Shown piece after piece: positions 1-12,200 of a stretch of DNA of 64,000 nt. A program made the position numbers and the translations under genes. How positions within the stretch are numbered: the first letter of the stretch is position 1; the number at the start of each line of letters is the position of its first letter. Origin of the DNA: Eledone cirrhosa (Eukaryota); the NCBI GenBank assembly GCA_964016885.1, contig OZ024747.1, forward strand, positions 31,062,001 to 31,126,000. The letters run 5' to 3'. The notes beneath the pieces are model-generated. The model was not told the DNA's origin. It did no database searches and saw only the letters and a program-made list of their open reading frames with translations.

Positions 1-153
1 CAGTACATTACTGTTACTTTATTTTATCGACCCCGTAAGGATGAAAGGCAAAGTCAACCTCAGTGGGATTTGAACTCAGATCGTAAAGGGACGTAACTAT
101 GCTGGAAAGCATGGCATCCGACCCTCCACCGATACTGCCAATCCACCGCCCTT
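1..153 (-). mobile_element. tRNA-derived SINE, family 1 (runs off window start)
   Basis: The minus strand reads GGGCGGTGGATTGGCAGTATCGG (A box)...GAGTTCAAATCC (B box)...GACTTTGCCTTTCATCCTTACGGGGTCGATAAAATAAAG. The same sequence recurs about 10 times in the window. Confidence 0.8.
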
Positions 154-290
154 AATTTTTCTCTAATAATACTCAACAACAAAGTTCAACAAGCCAAAAT
201 ATACTAAACAAGATACAATTACTTATTTAGTATAATAAAATTAAAGCCACAACAGAAAAACCCCTTTGTAATATATATATATATTTTTTT

Positions 291-1568
291 CATCGTTTAA
301 CGTCTATCTTCCATGCTAGCATGGGTTTAGACAGGAATTGTCCCACTTGAGGCAAGATAGGTCGTCTCGCTCGTATAGGACTGCCTGGTAGGTTTTCTAG
401 AGCTGGATGCCCTTCCTAACACCAACCACATTTACAGTGTGGACTGGGAGCTTTTTACCGTGTTACCTACACAACAACATTATAGTGTGGACTGTGTGTT
501 TTTTCGTCGTGACACCTACATGACCTCATTTATTTAGGACTGGATGTTGTGGTACCAACATAACTTTACAGAGAAAGGGGTGGTGTTGATGGCGGTGGGG
601 GGGGGGGGGGGTATATTTGGTTATGAGGTGCCTACTGACTGTAGGTTACGCTTTGTACATAGGCAAGGCAGGTCTTCTGTATTACTGCGTAGTGCCAAAG
701 ATCTCGGTCCAGTGACATTGTCTTGGAGAGGTAAAAATGTGTAAGGTCAGAATTTATCAAATTGTCCCAGGTTTTTCTGGGTCTGCCTACTCTGTAACTT
801 CCATCAATTTTGATCACCCTGCACTTTTTTATACAGTTGTCGTCTTTCATGCGCATCACGTGACCATACCAACGTAGTCTTCTCTGAAGTAAACAGCATC
901 TGATCCCTCTTATTCCTAATTTCTCACTTAGTTCATTTATGCTTTGCCATTCACATATATTACTATTACACATCCAACGGAACATGCAAGCTTCGTTCCT
1001 CTCCAATCTGCACAGATCCTCTGCACACAATGCCCATGTTTCACTGCCATGTAACATCGCTGTTTGTATGCAGGCATCATACAATCTGCCTTTCATTTTT
1101 AGAGAGAAACCTTTAGCGGCCAATAGTGGTATAAGCTCTCTGAACTTTTTCCATCCAGTTCTACTGTACTTTCAGAGCACCCTCCTCCACTGCTGATTTT
1201 GTCACCCAGGTAACGGAAGCTCTTTACTATTTCTGTAGACCCATCTGGGCAGTTGAAGGAGATAGCTTCCAGTCGGTCCTTGCTACTTATTGCACCTGAA
1301 CACCGGCCACATATAAAATCTACATTCTTAGATAGCTTACCTGTGATCCCACTACATCTTTTATGTACCCATAATTTGCATTTGGGATATAGAATGGAAT
1401 TTCTACCTACTCCTTTCTTACATACTGAGCATGGCCATTTCCCAGAGGGTATCTGTACCCTATTTTTCTTTCTACATACTAGAACTTTAGTCTTAGACAA
1501 GTTGATTCTAAGGACTAGGCCATGCTTCCATGTTTGGAACTTCATCTCTAGTTCAGCCATGGATTCAG

Positions 1569-1570
<2 letters not shown>
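291..1570 (-). mobile_element. RTE-clade LINE family A, 5'-truncated 3' fragment (frameshifted)
   Basis: ORFs 1099..1644 and 632..1123 give RT C-terminal motifs (INLSKTKVL, FRYLG, RRLRWYGHVMRM, GRPRKTW). The 3' UTR and ACGTTAAACGATG tail match 33050-33425. The 5' break is at (TA)n 1570-1601. Confidence 0.92.
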
Positions 1571-1601
<31 letters not shown>

Positions 1602-1604
<3 letters not shown>

Positions 1605-4602
1605 TCACGTTGGACAACATTGTGATGGCTACGACGAAATCCATGGAGGCTATGGGTTTGGTACTAGAAATGTGGAAGGCTCCAGAACCCTGGAATTCTG
1701 TGATGCAAATAACCTAACTATCTGTAACACTAACTTCAAAAAACGTGACAATCACCTGATCACCTATAGATCCGGGGAACACACAAGCCAGGTAGATTAT
1801 ATCCTTACCAGAAGACGTGACAGAGTGTCTGTTGTAAACACCAAATCCCTCCCCCATGAAGAATGCACCTCCCAACATAGACTGATAATTAGCGACCTCA
1901 TAGTCAGGACGAGACGTACTCAACAGCAGAAGAGGACTATCCTCAGGAGAAAAATATGGAAGCTAAAGGACCCCACAGCCAGGAATAAATTTCAAAGCAT
2001 ATTACTTGATGCTTTCGACAGTAAGGAAGAACATTTAGAGTCGGACAATATAGAGGGAGAGTGGGAATTTCTGAAAGCAAACCTGCTGTTGGCGACATAC
2101 GAAGTCTGTGGCTGGAGCAGGCCTGTAGGCAGGAGGAGAGTAACATGGTGGTGGAACAGTAAGGTGGAGGGGTCAATTAAGGCCAAAAAGCAGGCTTGGA
2201 AAGTATGGCGGGATGGGGGAAGTAGAGAAGACTATCAAGTGGCCAGGAGGGAAGCTAGGAGACAAGTGTACTTAGCAAGAAGGGAAGCTGAGGAAAGAAA
2301 GTTCAAGCATGTTCTACAACGCGATGACCAAAAACGTGAGGTGTTCAGGATTGCTAGGCAATGCGTCAAGGAAAACCGTGATATTGTCGGGGAGAAGTGT
2401 GTACTAAACGACGATGGCACACTTGCCATCACCGACGCTGATAAGAAGGTAGCTTGAAAGTGTCACTACGAAAGGCTACTAAATGAGGAGAATAAATGGG
2501 AGAAAGACAGTCTCCCCCATATCGACCCAATAGAGGGACCAGCAGTGTTAGTCGAGGGGAGTATAATAAGTAAGGCAATCAAGGATATGAACACGGGTAA
2601 GGCGGCTGGGCCTTCGGAAATAGTTGCTGAGATGCTGAAGGCATCTGGCACGGTGGGACACACCATGGTCACCCGCATAGTTAACCAAGTCGTACAGAAT
2701 GGGGTTGTTCCGAAGGACTGGCATAGCAGCATCATCGTTAACTGTTATAAGGGTAAAGGAGACGCCCTAGATAGGAGTAACTATAGAGGCATTAAATTAA
2801 TCGACCAGGTCATGAAGGTCACGGAAAAAGTAATAGCGCAACTAATCAGAGAGAGAATCGACCTAGATGAAATGCAGTTCGGGTTTGTGTCAGGCAAAAG
2901 TACCACAGACGCTCTTTTCATAGTACGACAACTACAGGAGAAGTACCTAGCTAAAGGTAAACCCCTCTACTTAGCTTTTGTCGACTTGGAGAAAGCCTTC
3001 GACAGAGTCCTCGCTCCATTATCTGGTGGGCTCTTAGAAAACTAGGCATTGACGAATGGCTTGTGAGGGCTATACAAGCCATGTATAAAGAAACAGTCAG
3101 CAAGGTTAGAATTAACAACGAATATAGTGAAGAGTTTAGCGTAAAAGTTGGCGTCCATCAGGGCTCTGTTCTCAGCCCCGTACTATTTATTATTGCCCTT
3201 CAGGCCATAACAGAGGAGTTCAAGACAGGCTGCCCATGGGAACTCCTATAAGCAGACGACCTGACACTCATAGCGGAATCAATGGCCGAGCTAGAGAAGA
3301 AATTCCAAACATGGAAGCACGGCCTAGAGTCAAAAGGACTTAAAATTAACCTGGCTAAGACCAAAGTTCTAGTTTGTAGGAAAGAAAACAAGGCGGCGGT
3401 CCCTTCTGGGAAATGGTCGTGCTTGGTGTGTAGGAAAGGCGTAGGTAGAAACTCCATTTTATGTCCTAAATGCAAAGTATGGGTGCATAAAAGATGTAGT
3501 GGGATCACAGGTAAGCTAACTAAGAACATAGATTTTACATGTGGCCGGTGTTCTGGTGCAATAAGTAGCAGCAAGTGCCCACAAAATACTAGCTCTTTCA
3601 ATTGCGCAGAGGGTTCTATAGAAATAGTGGACAGCTTCCGTTACCTGGGCGATAAAATCAGCAGTGGGGGAGGGTGCTCTGAAAGTACTGTAGCTAGAGT
3701 CAGAACTGGTTGGAAAAAGTTCAGAGAGCTTATACCACTATTAGCTGCTAAAGGGTTCTCCCTAAAAATGAAAGGCAGGTTGTACGATGCCTGCATACGA
3801 ACAGCAATGCTGCATGGCAGTGAGACCTGGGCATTGTGTGCAGAGGATATACGCAGACTAGAGAGGAACGAAGCTTGCATGCTCCGCTGGATGTGTAACA
3901 GTAATATACGTGAACGGCAAAGCATAAACGAACTAAGGAAAAAATTAGAGATAAGAGGGATCAGATGTTGTTTACTCGAGAGAAGGCTACGTTGGTATGG
4001 ACACGTGATGCGCATGAAAGTCGATAGCTGTATAACAAAGTGTAGGGCAATAAAGATAGACGGTAGTCACGGAATAGGCAGACCTAGAAAAACCTGGGAC
4101 GAGCTGATAAACTCCGACATCACACACTTACACCTCTCCAAGACAATGTCACTGGACCGAGACCTTTGGCGGTACTCAGTAACAGAGAAGACCCGCCTTA
4201 CCTAAATATATAGTAAAACCTACTCCAACCAGTAGGCATCTCTAACAAAATACACCCCGTCCCACCACCACCACCCCCACCCCATCCACACCACCCCGTT
4301 CTATGTAAAGTTATGTTGGTGCCGCGCCATAGGCCGAAACAAATGAGATTGTGTAGGTGTCACGACAAAAAAACACACAGTCCACGCTGTAATGTGGCCG
4401 TGTAGGCAACACGGTAAAAACCTCCCAGACCCACACTGTAAATGTGGTTGGTGTTAGGAAGGGCATCCAACTGTAGAAAACCTGCCAGACAGTCCTATGC
4501 GAGCAAGACAATCACTCTTGCCTCAAGTGGGACTACCCCCGTCCAAACCCATGCAAGCGTGGAACACGGACGTTAAACGTTGATGATGATGATGATGATG
4601 AT
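1602..4602 (+). mobile_element. RTE-clade LINE family A, 5'-truncated, pseudogenised EN-RT
   Basis: Shows the end of the APE domain (SQVDYIL, SQHRLII) and RT motifs (NYRGIKL, QFGF, FVDLEKAFDRV, GVHQGSVLSP). YADD is mutated to a stop at ~3249, with further stops and frameshifts. The (GAT)n tail is at 4582-4602. Confidence 0.95.
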
Positions 4603-4610
4603 ATATACAT

Positions 4611-4935
4611 ATCATCATCACCGTTTTACGTTTGTTCTTCCACGCTAGCATGGGTTAGACGGGTTGTCCTGTTGTGGGCAGTATCTGGTCGGCTGACCTT
4701 GTCTTGCTCATATGGGAACTAATTCTGGCTTGATTTCTACAGCTGGATGTCCTTCCTAACACCAACCTCATTTACAGTGAGTGCTGGGTGCTTTTTTTCC
4801 ATGGTGCCTACACGTCCACTTTACAGTGTGGGCTGGGTGCTTTTTTTGCTGTAGCGCCTCCACAACTACTTTGCCGTGGGAGGGGGTGGGGGCATATTGT
4901 CTATATGCTTCAGCTTCGGCTTGTACCTCTGGGAA
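4611..4935 (-). mobile_element. RTE family B 3'-end fragment
   Basis: (CAT)n followed by CGTTTTACGTT...CCACGCTAGCATGGG; closely similar to 14543-14927 and 47488-47770. Confidence 0.85.
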
Positions 4936-4991
4936 TATATATGTATCTACATATATATATACATGGATTCAGCTATATACATATATATATA

Positions 4992-5034
4992 TGTAATGCC
5001 TACGCCATTTTTGAAAAATGGCGTAGGCATTACA
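4992..5034. repeat. Perfect 21-bp-arm palindrome
   Basis: TGTAATGCCTACGCCATTTTT-G-AAAAATGGCGTAGGCATTACA. Confidence 0.95.
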
Positions 5035-5185
5035 ATACAATTGAAGGAAACATAATAGTATCACTGACAATATCATATATGTGTGACGAAAGAACTTTAT
5101 AGACTATATATATATATATTTTTCTTTATCTGTATTTTTATCTGTTGTTCAATCAATGATAAACATTGATTGCCAGATAAATTAA

Positions 5186-5266
5186 CTATGGAGATATAAA
5201 AGATACAGAAGCGAAAACCAACTAAAACCAAACAGTGAGTGTGTTCTGTTATTATTTCTGGTAATA
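5186..5266 (+). mobile_element. Penelope-like element 3'-terminal fragment
   Basis: ACTATGGAGATATAAAAGATACAGAAGC...TTATTATTTCTGG matches 53190-53270 at the end of the Penelope-like element. Confidence 0.65.
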
Positions 5267-5299
5267 AAGCGGGCGTAAAATGTTAATGATGATGATGAT

Positions 5300-5356
<57 letters not shown>

Positions 5357-5362
5357 CATATA

Positions 5363-5727
5363 CATCATCATCATCATCATTTAACATCCATCTACCACAC
5401 TAGCATGGCTTAGACGGTTTTGTTCCATTTGATGCAGGAATGGTCGGGAGACCATGTCTCGCTCGTACGGAAGTGTTTCTAGCAGGTTTTTTACAGCTGG
5501 ATGCCTTTCCTAACACCAACCACATTTACAGTGTGGTCTGGGAAACTTTTTACTGTTTCTCCTACATGACCACCTAAAATGTGGACTGTTGTGTCATTGA
5601 CACAGTGGACGGAACGGGAGAGGTTGGATGGGGTAGGGTGTGGGGAGTGTGGTGTACATTGGGTTATGAGGTGCTTACTGACTGTAGGGTTGTAGGCTAT
5701 GGCAGTCGGGTCTTCTGTACAACTGCA
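5363..5727 (-). mobile_element. RTE 3'-end fragment (older copy)
   Basis: (CAT)n tail, CTGGATGCCTTTCCTAACACCAACCACATTTACAGTGTGG module and the last codons of the ORF; flanked by (TA)n on both sides. Confidence 0.8.
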
Positions 5728-5850
5728 TATATATATATATATACATACTCACATATATATATATAAAAATAGAATTATAATTTTATTTCTCTCCCTAGCA
5801 CAGCTGATACATAAATGTAAGTATACACACGTACACACATATATATACAC

Positions 5851-7948
5851 ATCTTCAACATCTCAGCAACTATCCCCGACTGTCCAGCAGTCTTTAAACA
5901 TTTTTCATTTCCCTAATCGCCTCTTGGACCCTATATCGTCAATCTCAATAGCTGGTCCCTCTGTTGGGTCTACTGGAGGTAATTCCTCTCTCTCCCATTC
6001 ATTCTCAACATTCATCAGTCTCTCATAATGACATTTCCTGGCCTCCTTTATCTGATTATTCATGACACTAAGTACACCGGCATCATTCCGGACACATTTA
6101 TCTCCAACAACATCCTGATTTGCACTGACACACTGCCTTGCAATGCGGAATACCACACGTCACTGATCTTCCCATCGCAGAACATTGGCAAATCTCCTAC
6201 TCTCAGCCTCCCTGCGTGCTAAGTACACCTGATGTCTAGCTTCTCTCTTAACGGCTGTGTATCCGTCTCTACTCCCACCACTTTTCGAAGATCTCCATGC
6301 TAGTCTTTTGTCTCTAATGGCCCTATCTACTGTGCTGTTCCACCACCAGGTCACTCTCTGTCTGGTTGGAGCTCTGCCCCAACCACAAGTTTCTTCAGTA
6401 GCCTGCAGTAAGTTGCCACGCAAGAAATTCCAGTTATTATCTATGTCATACGTCTCTAAATCGTCTTCTTTTTCGTCGTACACCTCTTGAAGGGCTTTGC
6501 TAAATTTATATTTTAATGAAAGGTCTTTTAGCTTCCAGACCTTTCTTTTCCACACCTTCCTGTATGTCCCATTCTTTCTCTTGCTTACTGAGATGTCACT
6601 AACGACTAATTTATGCTGTGGGGTACAGTATTCCCCAGGGTAAGCCTTAGTATTTGACACCATCCGTCTGTCTCGCTGTCTAACTAGTAAGAAGTCAATC
6701 TGGCTTATGTGCTTGCCTGATTTGTAGGTTATTAGGTGGTTGGTAGGTTTCTGGAAGTTAGTGTTGCAAATGGTTAATGCATTTGCATCACAAAATTCAA
6801 GAAGCCTCACTCCTTCTTCATTTCTTGAGCCGTAACCGTGCCCTCCATGTACCCCAGTGTAACATGTCCAATGAAGTCTCCTGCTAGCATAACGATGTCT
6901 CCGTCCTCTGTCATTGAGGCTGTCTGTAAAAGTTGCTCGTAAAAGTAGTCTTTCTCTTCTTTACCTAGGCCTGCCTGGGGAGAATAGGCAGAGATGATTA
7001 TCAGTAGTCTCTTGCCTACAACTAATGTAAGCTTAATTATTCTATTACTAAGTCTAACTACCTCTATCGTCTTATTGATCCATCTCTCAGCCAGTAATAT
7101 GCCCACCCCACCTAACCCATCATCATTACCCACCCAGAAAAAGCTTATAAATACGATGTTTGCCTGCGATTAGTCTTGCAGAGGCACCTCTTGCATACAG
7201 CACACATCCACATGCTTTCTATCCAGCATCTCTGCAATCTCATCAGATCTACCTGTTAGAATACCAACATTAAGTGTAGCAACTCTGAGATGCGACATCC
7301 CATTCTTTTTCCTATTGTGCGATTGCTTGATGACGGTCGTGGGGTTCTCACACATGGCCGCACCAGTCACCCCACTACCGTGTGCAGCCCTAACATGGTT
7401 AGTGTTATTGCTGTTGACACAGTTGTTGCAATTCTCATTTGTTGTGCTCATAATTTTGGCTTTTATTATTTATACTGGTTGGATGCCCTTCCTAACACCA
7501 GTACCACTTTACAGCATGGACTGGGTGCTTTTATTCATGCCACCAGCACTAGAGAGGTTGTCTTACTGGACTCAGGGGCCCTCTTTACCTTTCCATTTTA
7601 CAGTATGGATTAGGTGCTTTTATTCGTGCCACCAGCACTAAAGAGGTTGTTTTACTGGACTCAGGGGCCCTAACCACCCCTCCATTTTACAGCATGGACT
7701 GGGTGCTTTTATTCGTGCCACCAGCACTAGAGAGGTCGTCTTAATGGACTCAGTGGCCCTATCTACCCCTCCATTTTACAGCATGGACTGGGTGCTTTTA
7801 TTCGTGCCACCAGCACTAGAGAGGTCGTCTTACTGGACTCAGGGGCCCTATCTATCCCTCCGTTATACAGCAAGGACTGGTTGCTTTTATTTGTGCCACA
7901 GCACTAGGGAAGTTGTCTTACTGGACTTAGGGGACTTCTCTACCCCGC
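5851..7948 (-). mobile_element. RTE family C, 5' half (5' UTR, APE endonuclease, start of RT), degenerate
   Basis: ORF pieces 7170..7451 (LRVATLNVG, DVCCMQE), 6807..7133 (GGVGIL, SAYSPQ, AGDF), 6160..6810 (SQIDFLLV, TWWWN) and 5905..6156. Similar to 43709-44670. Confidence 0.9.
7504..7948. repeat. 89-bp tandem repeat, 5 units
   Basis: Units start at 7504, 7593, 7682, 7771 and 7860: CCATTTTACAGCATGGACTGGGTGCTTTTATTCGTGCCACCAGCACTAGAGAGGTCGTCTTACTGGACTCAGGGGCCC... Confidence 0.95.
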
Positions 7949-8479
7949 ACCAATTTATGTATATTTCTCAAAGAAAAGTAAGATATATAATCAGAGTGAT
8001 AACTTTATATAAATATATTAAATTTAGGGCAGACATTAATGCATTTCAGAATTGCATTTGTTTGTCAAGTGGCATAATGTAAAATTTTGTATTGAAACTG
8101 GAAATATAACATTCAAAAATAACAAACAAAAATTATTTGAACATTGACTGGACCTCTGTGTAGTTACACAACCTGCTTGGAATAGCAGCTAAATCTCCCT
8201 CAATGCTTTACTGGCATCTAAAAAAGAACATCATCATCATCATCATCATTTTACGTCAGTTTTTCCATGCTTAAATAGATTGGACTGCTTATTCCTGTGT
8301 TCCCTATATATTGAAAAAAGATTTAAGAGCTCAGATGTCTTTGATTACAGGTCTGCTCACTCAACGTGAACCTGCACTAAACAACAGCAACAACCAGATG
8401 CTAAATAAAATGCCACTAGATTCATTGAAAATTAAATGCTTTTCTTTTGCAATATTTTCCTACAATGTAATTTAGATCT

Positions 8480-8705
8480 GTAGAAGAACCAGCTTGTAGG
8501 ATATCCAAGGGTAAACCCCAGGCAAGATAGTTAAATAACACCCATGAGCTCAGCGGATCTCACTTGGAGAAACAGCCAGATCAATTGTAGATGGTTACTT
8601 CTGACAGGACATGCTGGAAGGAGTGTATAAGTGGGAGAAGAGAGACAAAGAAGAAGAAGAAGAAGAATGCGGAGGGGGAGGAGGAAGAAGAAACGAAGAA
8701 GAATT
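8480..8705 (+). mobile_element. Old LINE (RTE-like) 3' remnant with GAA-rich tail
   Basis: Degenerate KGKPQARx...SDRTCWKECI resembles the RTE C-terminus (GRP..W...DR..W); followed by (GAA)n. Confidence 0.35.
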
Positions 8706-9545
8706 ACTTCACTTTCTTTTACAAACTGACTTTACCAATCAGTGAATATAGAGAAACATGGCAAAGGAAGAAATCCAACAAACATCTGAAAGTTTTGATT
8801 TTATCTAATTTAATTCCTTTGTTTAATAAAATATTTGCTATACCATTCAATATTTTCCACCTCCCATTGATCTCAGAGTTCAATATCCTACATTTTCAAA
8901 AGATTCTGTTGTAAACATTACAATGAGAATTGAGAATACTTATATATATGCTACAGGAGAACTATGAAGGCAAGTAACCATATATTTCTTCCCTAAGCTC
9001 CTCCAAAACAATCTCTGTCCTTAAATAGGGCTGTTGCTGCCCTCCTCCAAACCTTCCAATGTATATTTGCCATGCTTCTTTTGTCTAAAGGTGGTGTTTG
9101 TGCGTGCCTATTTCTCTTTAAATGCTATTGTCTAAGATGTGAATTGTTTAGCATACCTAGCTCCTTAAATGTCATTGTCTTAGAAGGGGTATTTGCCTGG
9201 CACTCACAAATGCTACTGTCTATATTATTTTCATAGCTACCTAAACAGTATTGTCTTAAAAGCTGCTCTAATTCCTTTCTCCCTGAAATTCCCCCACCAC
9301 TCAACCTTAAACATAGACCTATTGAATAAGCGTCAATCTTTACTGCCTGCCATATACAATGTATTACACCCTTTTGTAACCACATTTCCAATGAAATGCA
9401 TTCTATTTCAATTAATCAATGAAGAATTTTGAGAGATTTACTGAAACGATAGTTAAGTTAGTGACAAGGCCTGTATGATTATTTTAATGTTCACTGCATT
9501 AAGTAGTTAAGAAAAAATAATAAAGTCTTTTCAAAGCATGGAGTC

Positions 9546-9785
9546 TTATCAGACCAGTGCTTATCCCAATTTCAATGGCATTAAGTGAGTGTCAGCCCAA
9601 GACATCAGGTACTGCACTCTTAACCTCCAGGTACTGCTGTTACCCATTTTCAGCTGGTTGGACTGGGGCAATGTGAAATGAAGTGTTTTGCTCAAGAACA
9701 AAACATGCCACCAGGTCCAAGAAGTGAACCCATAACATTAGAATCATAAGTCCAACATCCTAAACATGAACCATGTGCTTTCACA
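9546..9785 (-). mobile_element. tRNA-derived SINE, family 2 (degenerate)
   Basis: Shares TCAGACCAGTGCTTATCC, CCCATTTTCAGCTG and CAATGTGAAATGAAGTGTTTTGCTCAAGAACA with 18130-18380 and 36535-36810. Confidence 0.65.
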
Positions 9786-10504
9786 TTAAATATGGAAATG
9801 ATAAATTAGCTGTTTTTTTCATTCTAATAGGGTCTTTGAATTGTTGTTTATCTCTAGAACATCTATTGTTAAATGGCATTCCAGGTGTTACCATACTCTG
9901 TAAATCATTTACAAAATGCCAAGTTGTTTACTACATGTAAAAATAAAACAGCTCCTACTTATAATTCTAATGATAGACACTACCTGGTATTTCAGATAAT
10001 TTTGAATATAATCAAGAATCTGGAGAGATTTACTAATATAATAAACTTGCTCATTATTAAGCTAGTGTTTGGAATATAACAAAGCATTTTACTTAAAATT
10101 ATAAAGGAAGGTCTTTAAAATACAGTATTTTATATCATAGAATTACGAACAGTTTCAGGTAGCTTAGTATCAAAAGAATTAATGACAGTACTGCGTATCT
10201 TAGCTGAAAGTAACATCATCAAACAAGTAGTGGAGCCAATTTAATCAGAAGATAGAATCATGAAGACTGCCTGAAATTGTCTACATCTTCATTCTTGCAA
10301 CTTCCTTGACTACAGTGGTGTCAGCTGCATCAACTCTTTCTCCTTTCTAGAATATCAGCAGTGTGTATTGTATGAAAATCTGCTGCGTTTCCAAATAACA
10401 ATACCCAGAGTTGCACCACCTTCTTCAGATGCAAATTCAAAGCCTTTGAAGCTGCCTATTAATAATAATAATAATAATTGTTTCTACTTTTGGCCCAATG
10501 CCAT

Positions 10505-10656
10505 CAATTATCCCAGTATATTACTGGTACTTTATTTTATCGACACCGTAAGGATGAAAGACAAAGTTAACCTCGGTGGGATTTGAACTCAGACCGTAAA
10601 GGGCCGTAACTCTTTGCTGCAAAGCATGGCGTCCGACCCTCTATTGATACTGCCAA
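10505..10656 (-). mobile_element. tRNA-derived SINE, family 1
   Basis: TTACTGGTACTTTATTTTATCGACACCGTAAGGATGAAAG...GGATTTGAACTCAGA...GATACTGCCAA; flanked by (AAT)n. Confidence 0.8.
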
Positions 10657-12005
10657 AATAATAATAATAATGAAATTAGTGTGTACAGTACTGTCATTCA
10701 TTCTTCTGAGATAACAGTTGTCTTGTCCCTTAAATCCTGAGGGAGTGGTAGGAGTGTTGTATTTCTTTAAACCTGGCAGATCCCATCTCTTCTCCAGGTC
10801 TCAATACAGCAGATTTCTTCCAGTGAAAGCAAGGAATTGAGGAAGAGATATAATGGAAGAAGTGACCCCAGCACTAGACTGATACTTTCGACCTTAAATG
10901 GATGAAAGGCAAAGATGACCTCAAGAAATTAATATAGAATATGATAAAACCTACAATATTGATCAGACTACTACAACCCAAAGTATAGAATAGTAATATG
11001 AAACACCATCAGTTAACAATAACAGCTCACAATAAAAGAGATAATGTCTGAAGTTGGTAGCCAAAATCAGTTTTTATTAGGTAGACTTCAAAATTCTTAA
11101 TGTCATCATTGCTTAGAAAATATTTTATCATATCACCTCATTATCACCATTGAACAAAACCCCAAAGACAGAATTAAAATCTGAGATAATGACGGCTTCC
11201 TCTTATTGCAGAATTTGGCATAATAGCATTTAGCTTTCACATCAATTTTATTTATCTAGTTTATTACTTTGCTTTAGAAGAGAGAATTTAAAATAAAAAA
11301 AAATAGCATTTAAGTTAGCATTACTTAAATGATATTTGAGCAATAATATGTCAATCACGTTTGGAGTATAGAAAAATAATATAAAATATATGCCCCTCTC
11401 TATATAATAAAAACGAAATAGCAATATAATAAAACTGAGGAAGCAATGTTCATACATTATCAAAAGCTACTGTTATGAATAGATTCTGTTGGAGTCTCTA
11501 GAATTCACTTTATTCCATTTTATATTTGAAAAGCAATAATCTGGAAATTAATAGGAGTCTCTTTGCTCAAGCCTATTTTCTTTCTCAATAATATATTCTC
11601 AATAACTAACATTCTACAAAGAGGTTGAATCAGAGTTGAGCTGATTAAATAAAGAAGTCATGAGAATTTAACGTCAACCAGAGATAAAACATGGAATTTG
11701 GAAATACAAAGAAATAAACAATGGTGAAAAGAGAAAAAGAGGAGGAAGTATCATATTTATATTTAATACATCATTTTCTGATTTAGAGAAGAAAAAATTA
11801 TAACATGCAATGAAGGAATATAATGTTCTTTATCATTTAGGATATAGTTAACAAGCAAACAAAGTGATCTGAAACAGTTAAATTTATTCAGAATATCTCT
11901 AAACTTGAATTTAAATTAGCTTTCGTAAAACTATTTCACAATGCTAGCAAACAAATATTCTTATACTCTTAATACTTGTGCTGATATGACTTTCCTAGAA
12001 AGTTG

Positions 12006-12200
12006 TCATCATCATCGTCATCATCATCATCACCATCATCATCCTTTTATATCTGGTTTCTATGCAGACATGGGTTGGATGGGTTATCACAGTTTGAAAC
12101 TCAACAGGGTCTAACTCATATGTTATATTTCTTGGCATGGATTTTACAACAGAATGTCTTTCCTAAATGTCGTCTCTTTACAGTGTGCCTTGCTTTTTGT
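12006..12200 (-). mobile_element. Degenerate RTE-tailed short element
   Basis: (CAT)n followed by CATGGGTTGGATGGGTT...TTCCTAA...CTTTACAGTGTG, a decayed form of the RTE 3' module. Confidence 0.5.

Noticed and set aside
3200-4015. Recurrent antisense ORFs over RTE copies (also 32045-32776 and 45235-46079)
   Set aside because: Shadows of the sense ORF; their boundaries vary between copies and they show no recognisable motifs.
9125-9391. 88-aa minus-strand ORF as a host exon
   Set aside because: No recognisable domain, an in-frame stop follows, and no clear splice sites; possibly an old transposon relic.
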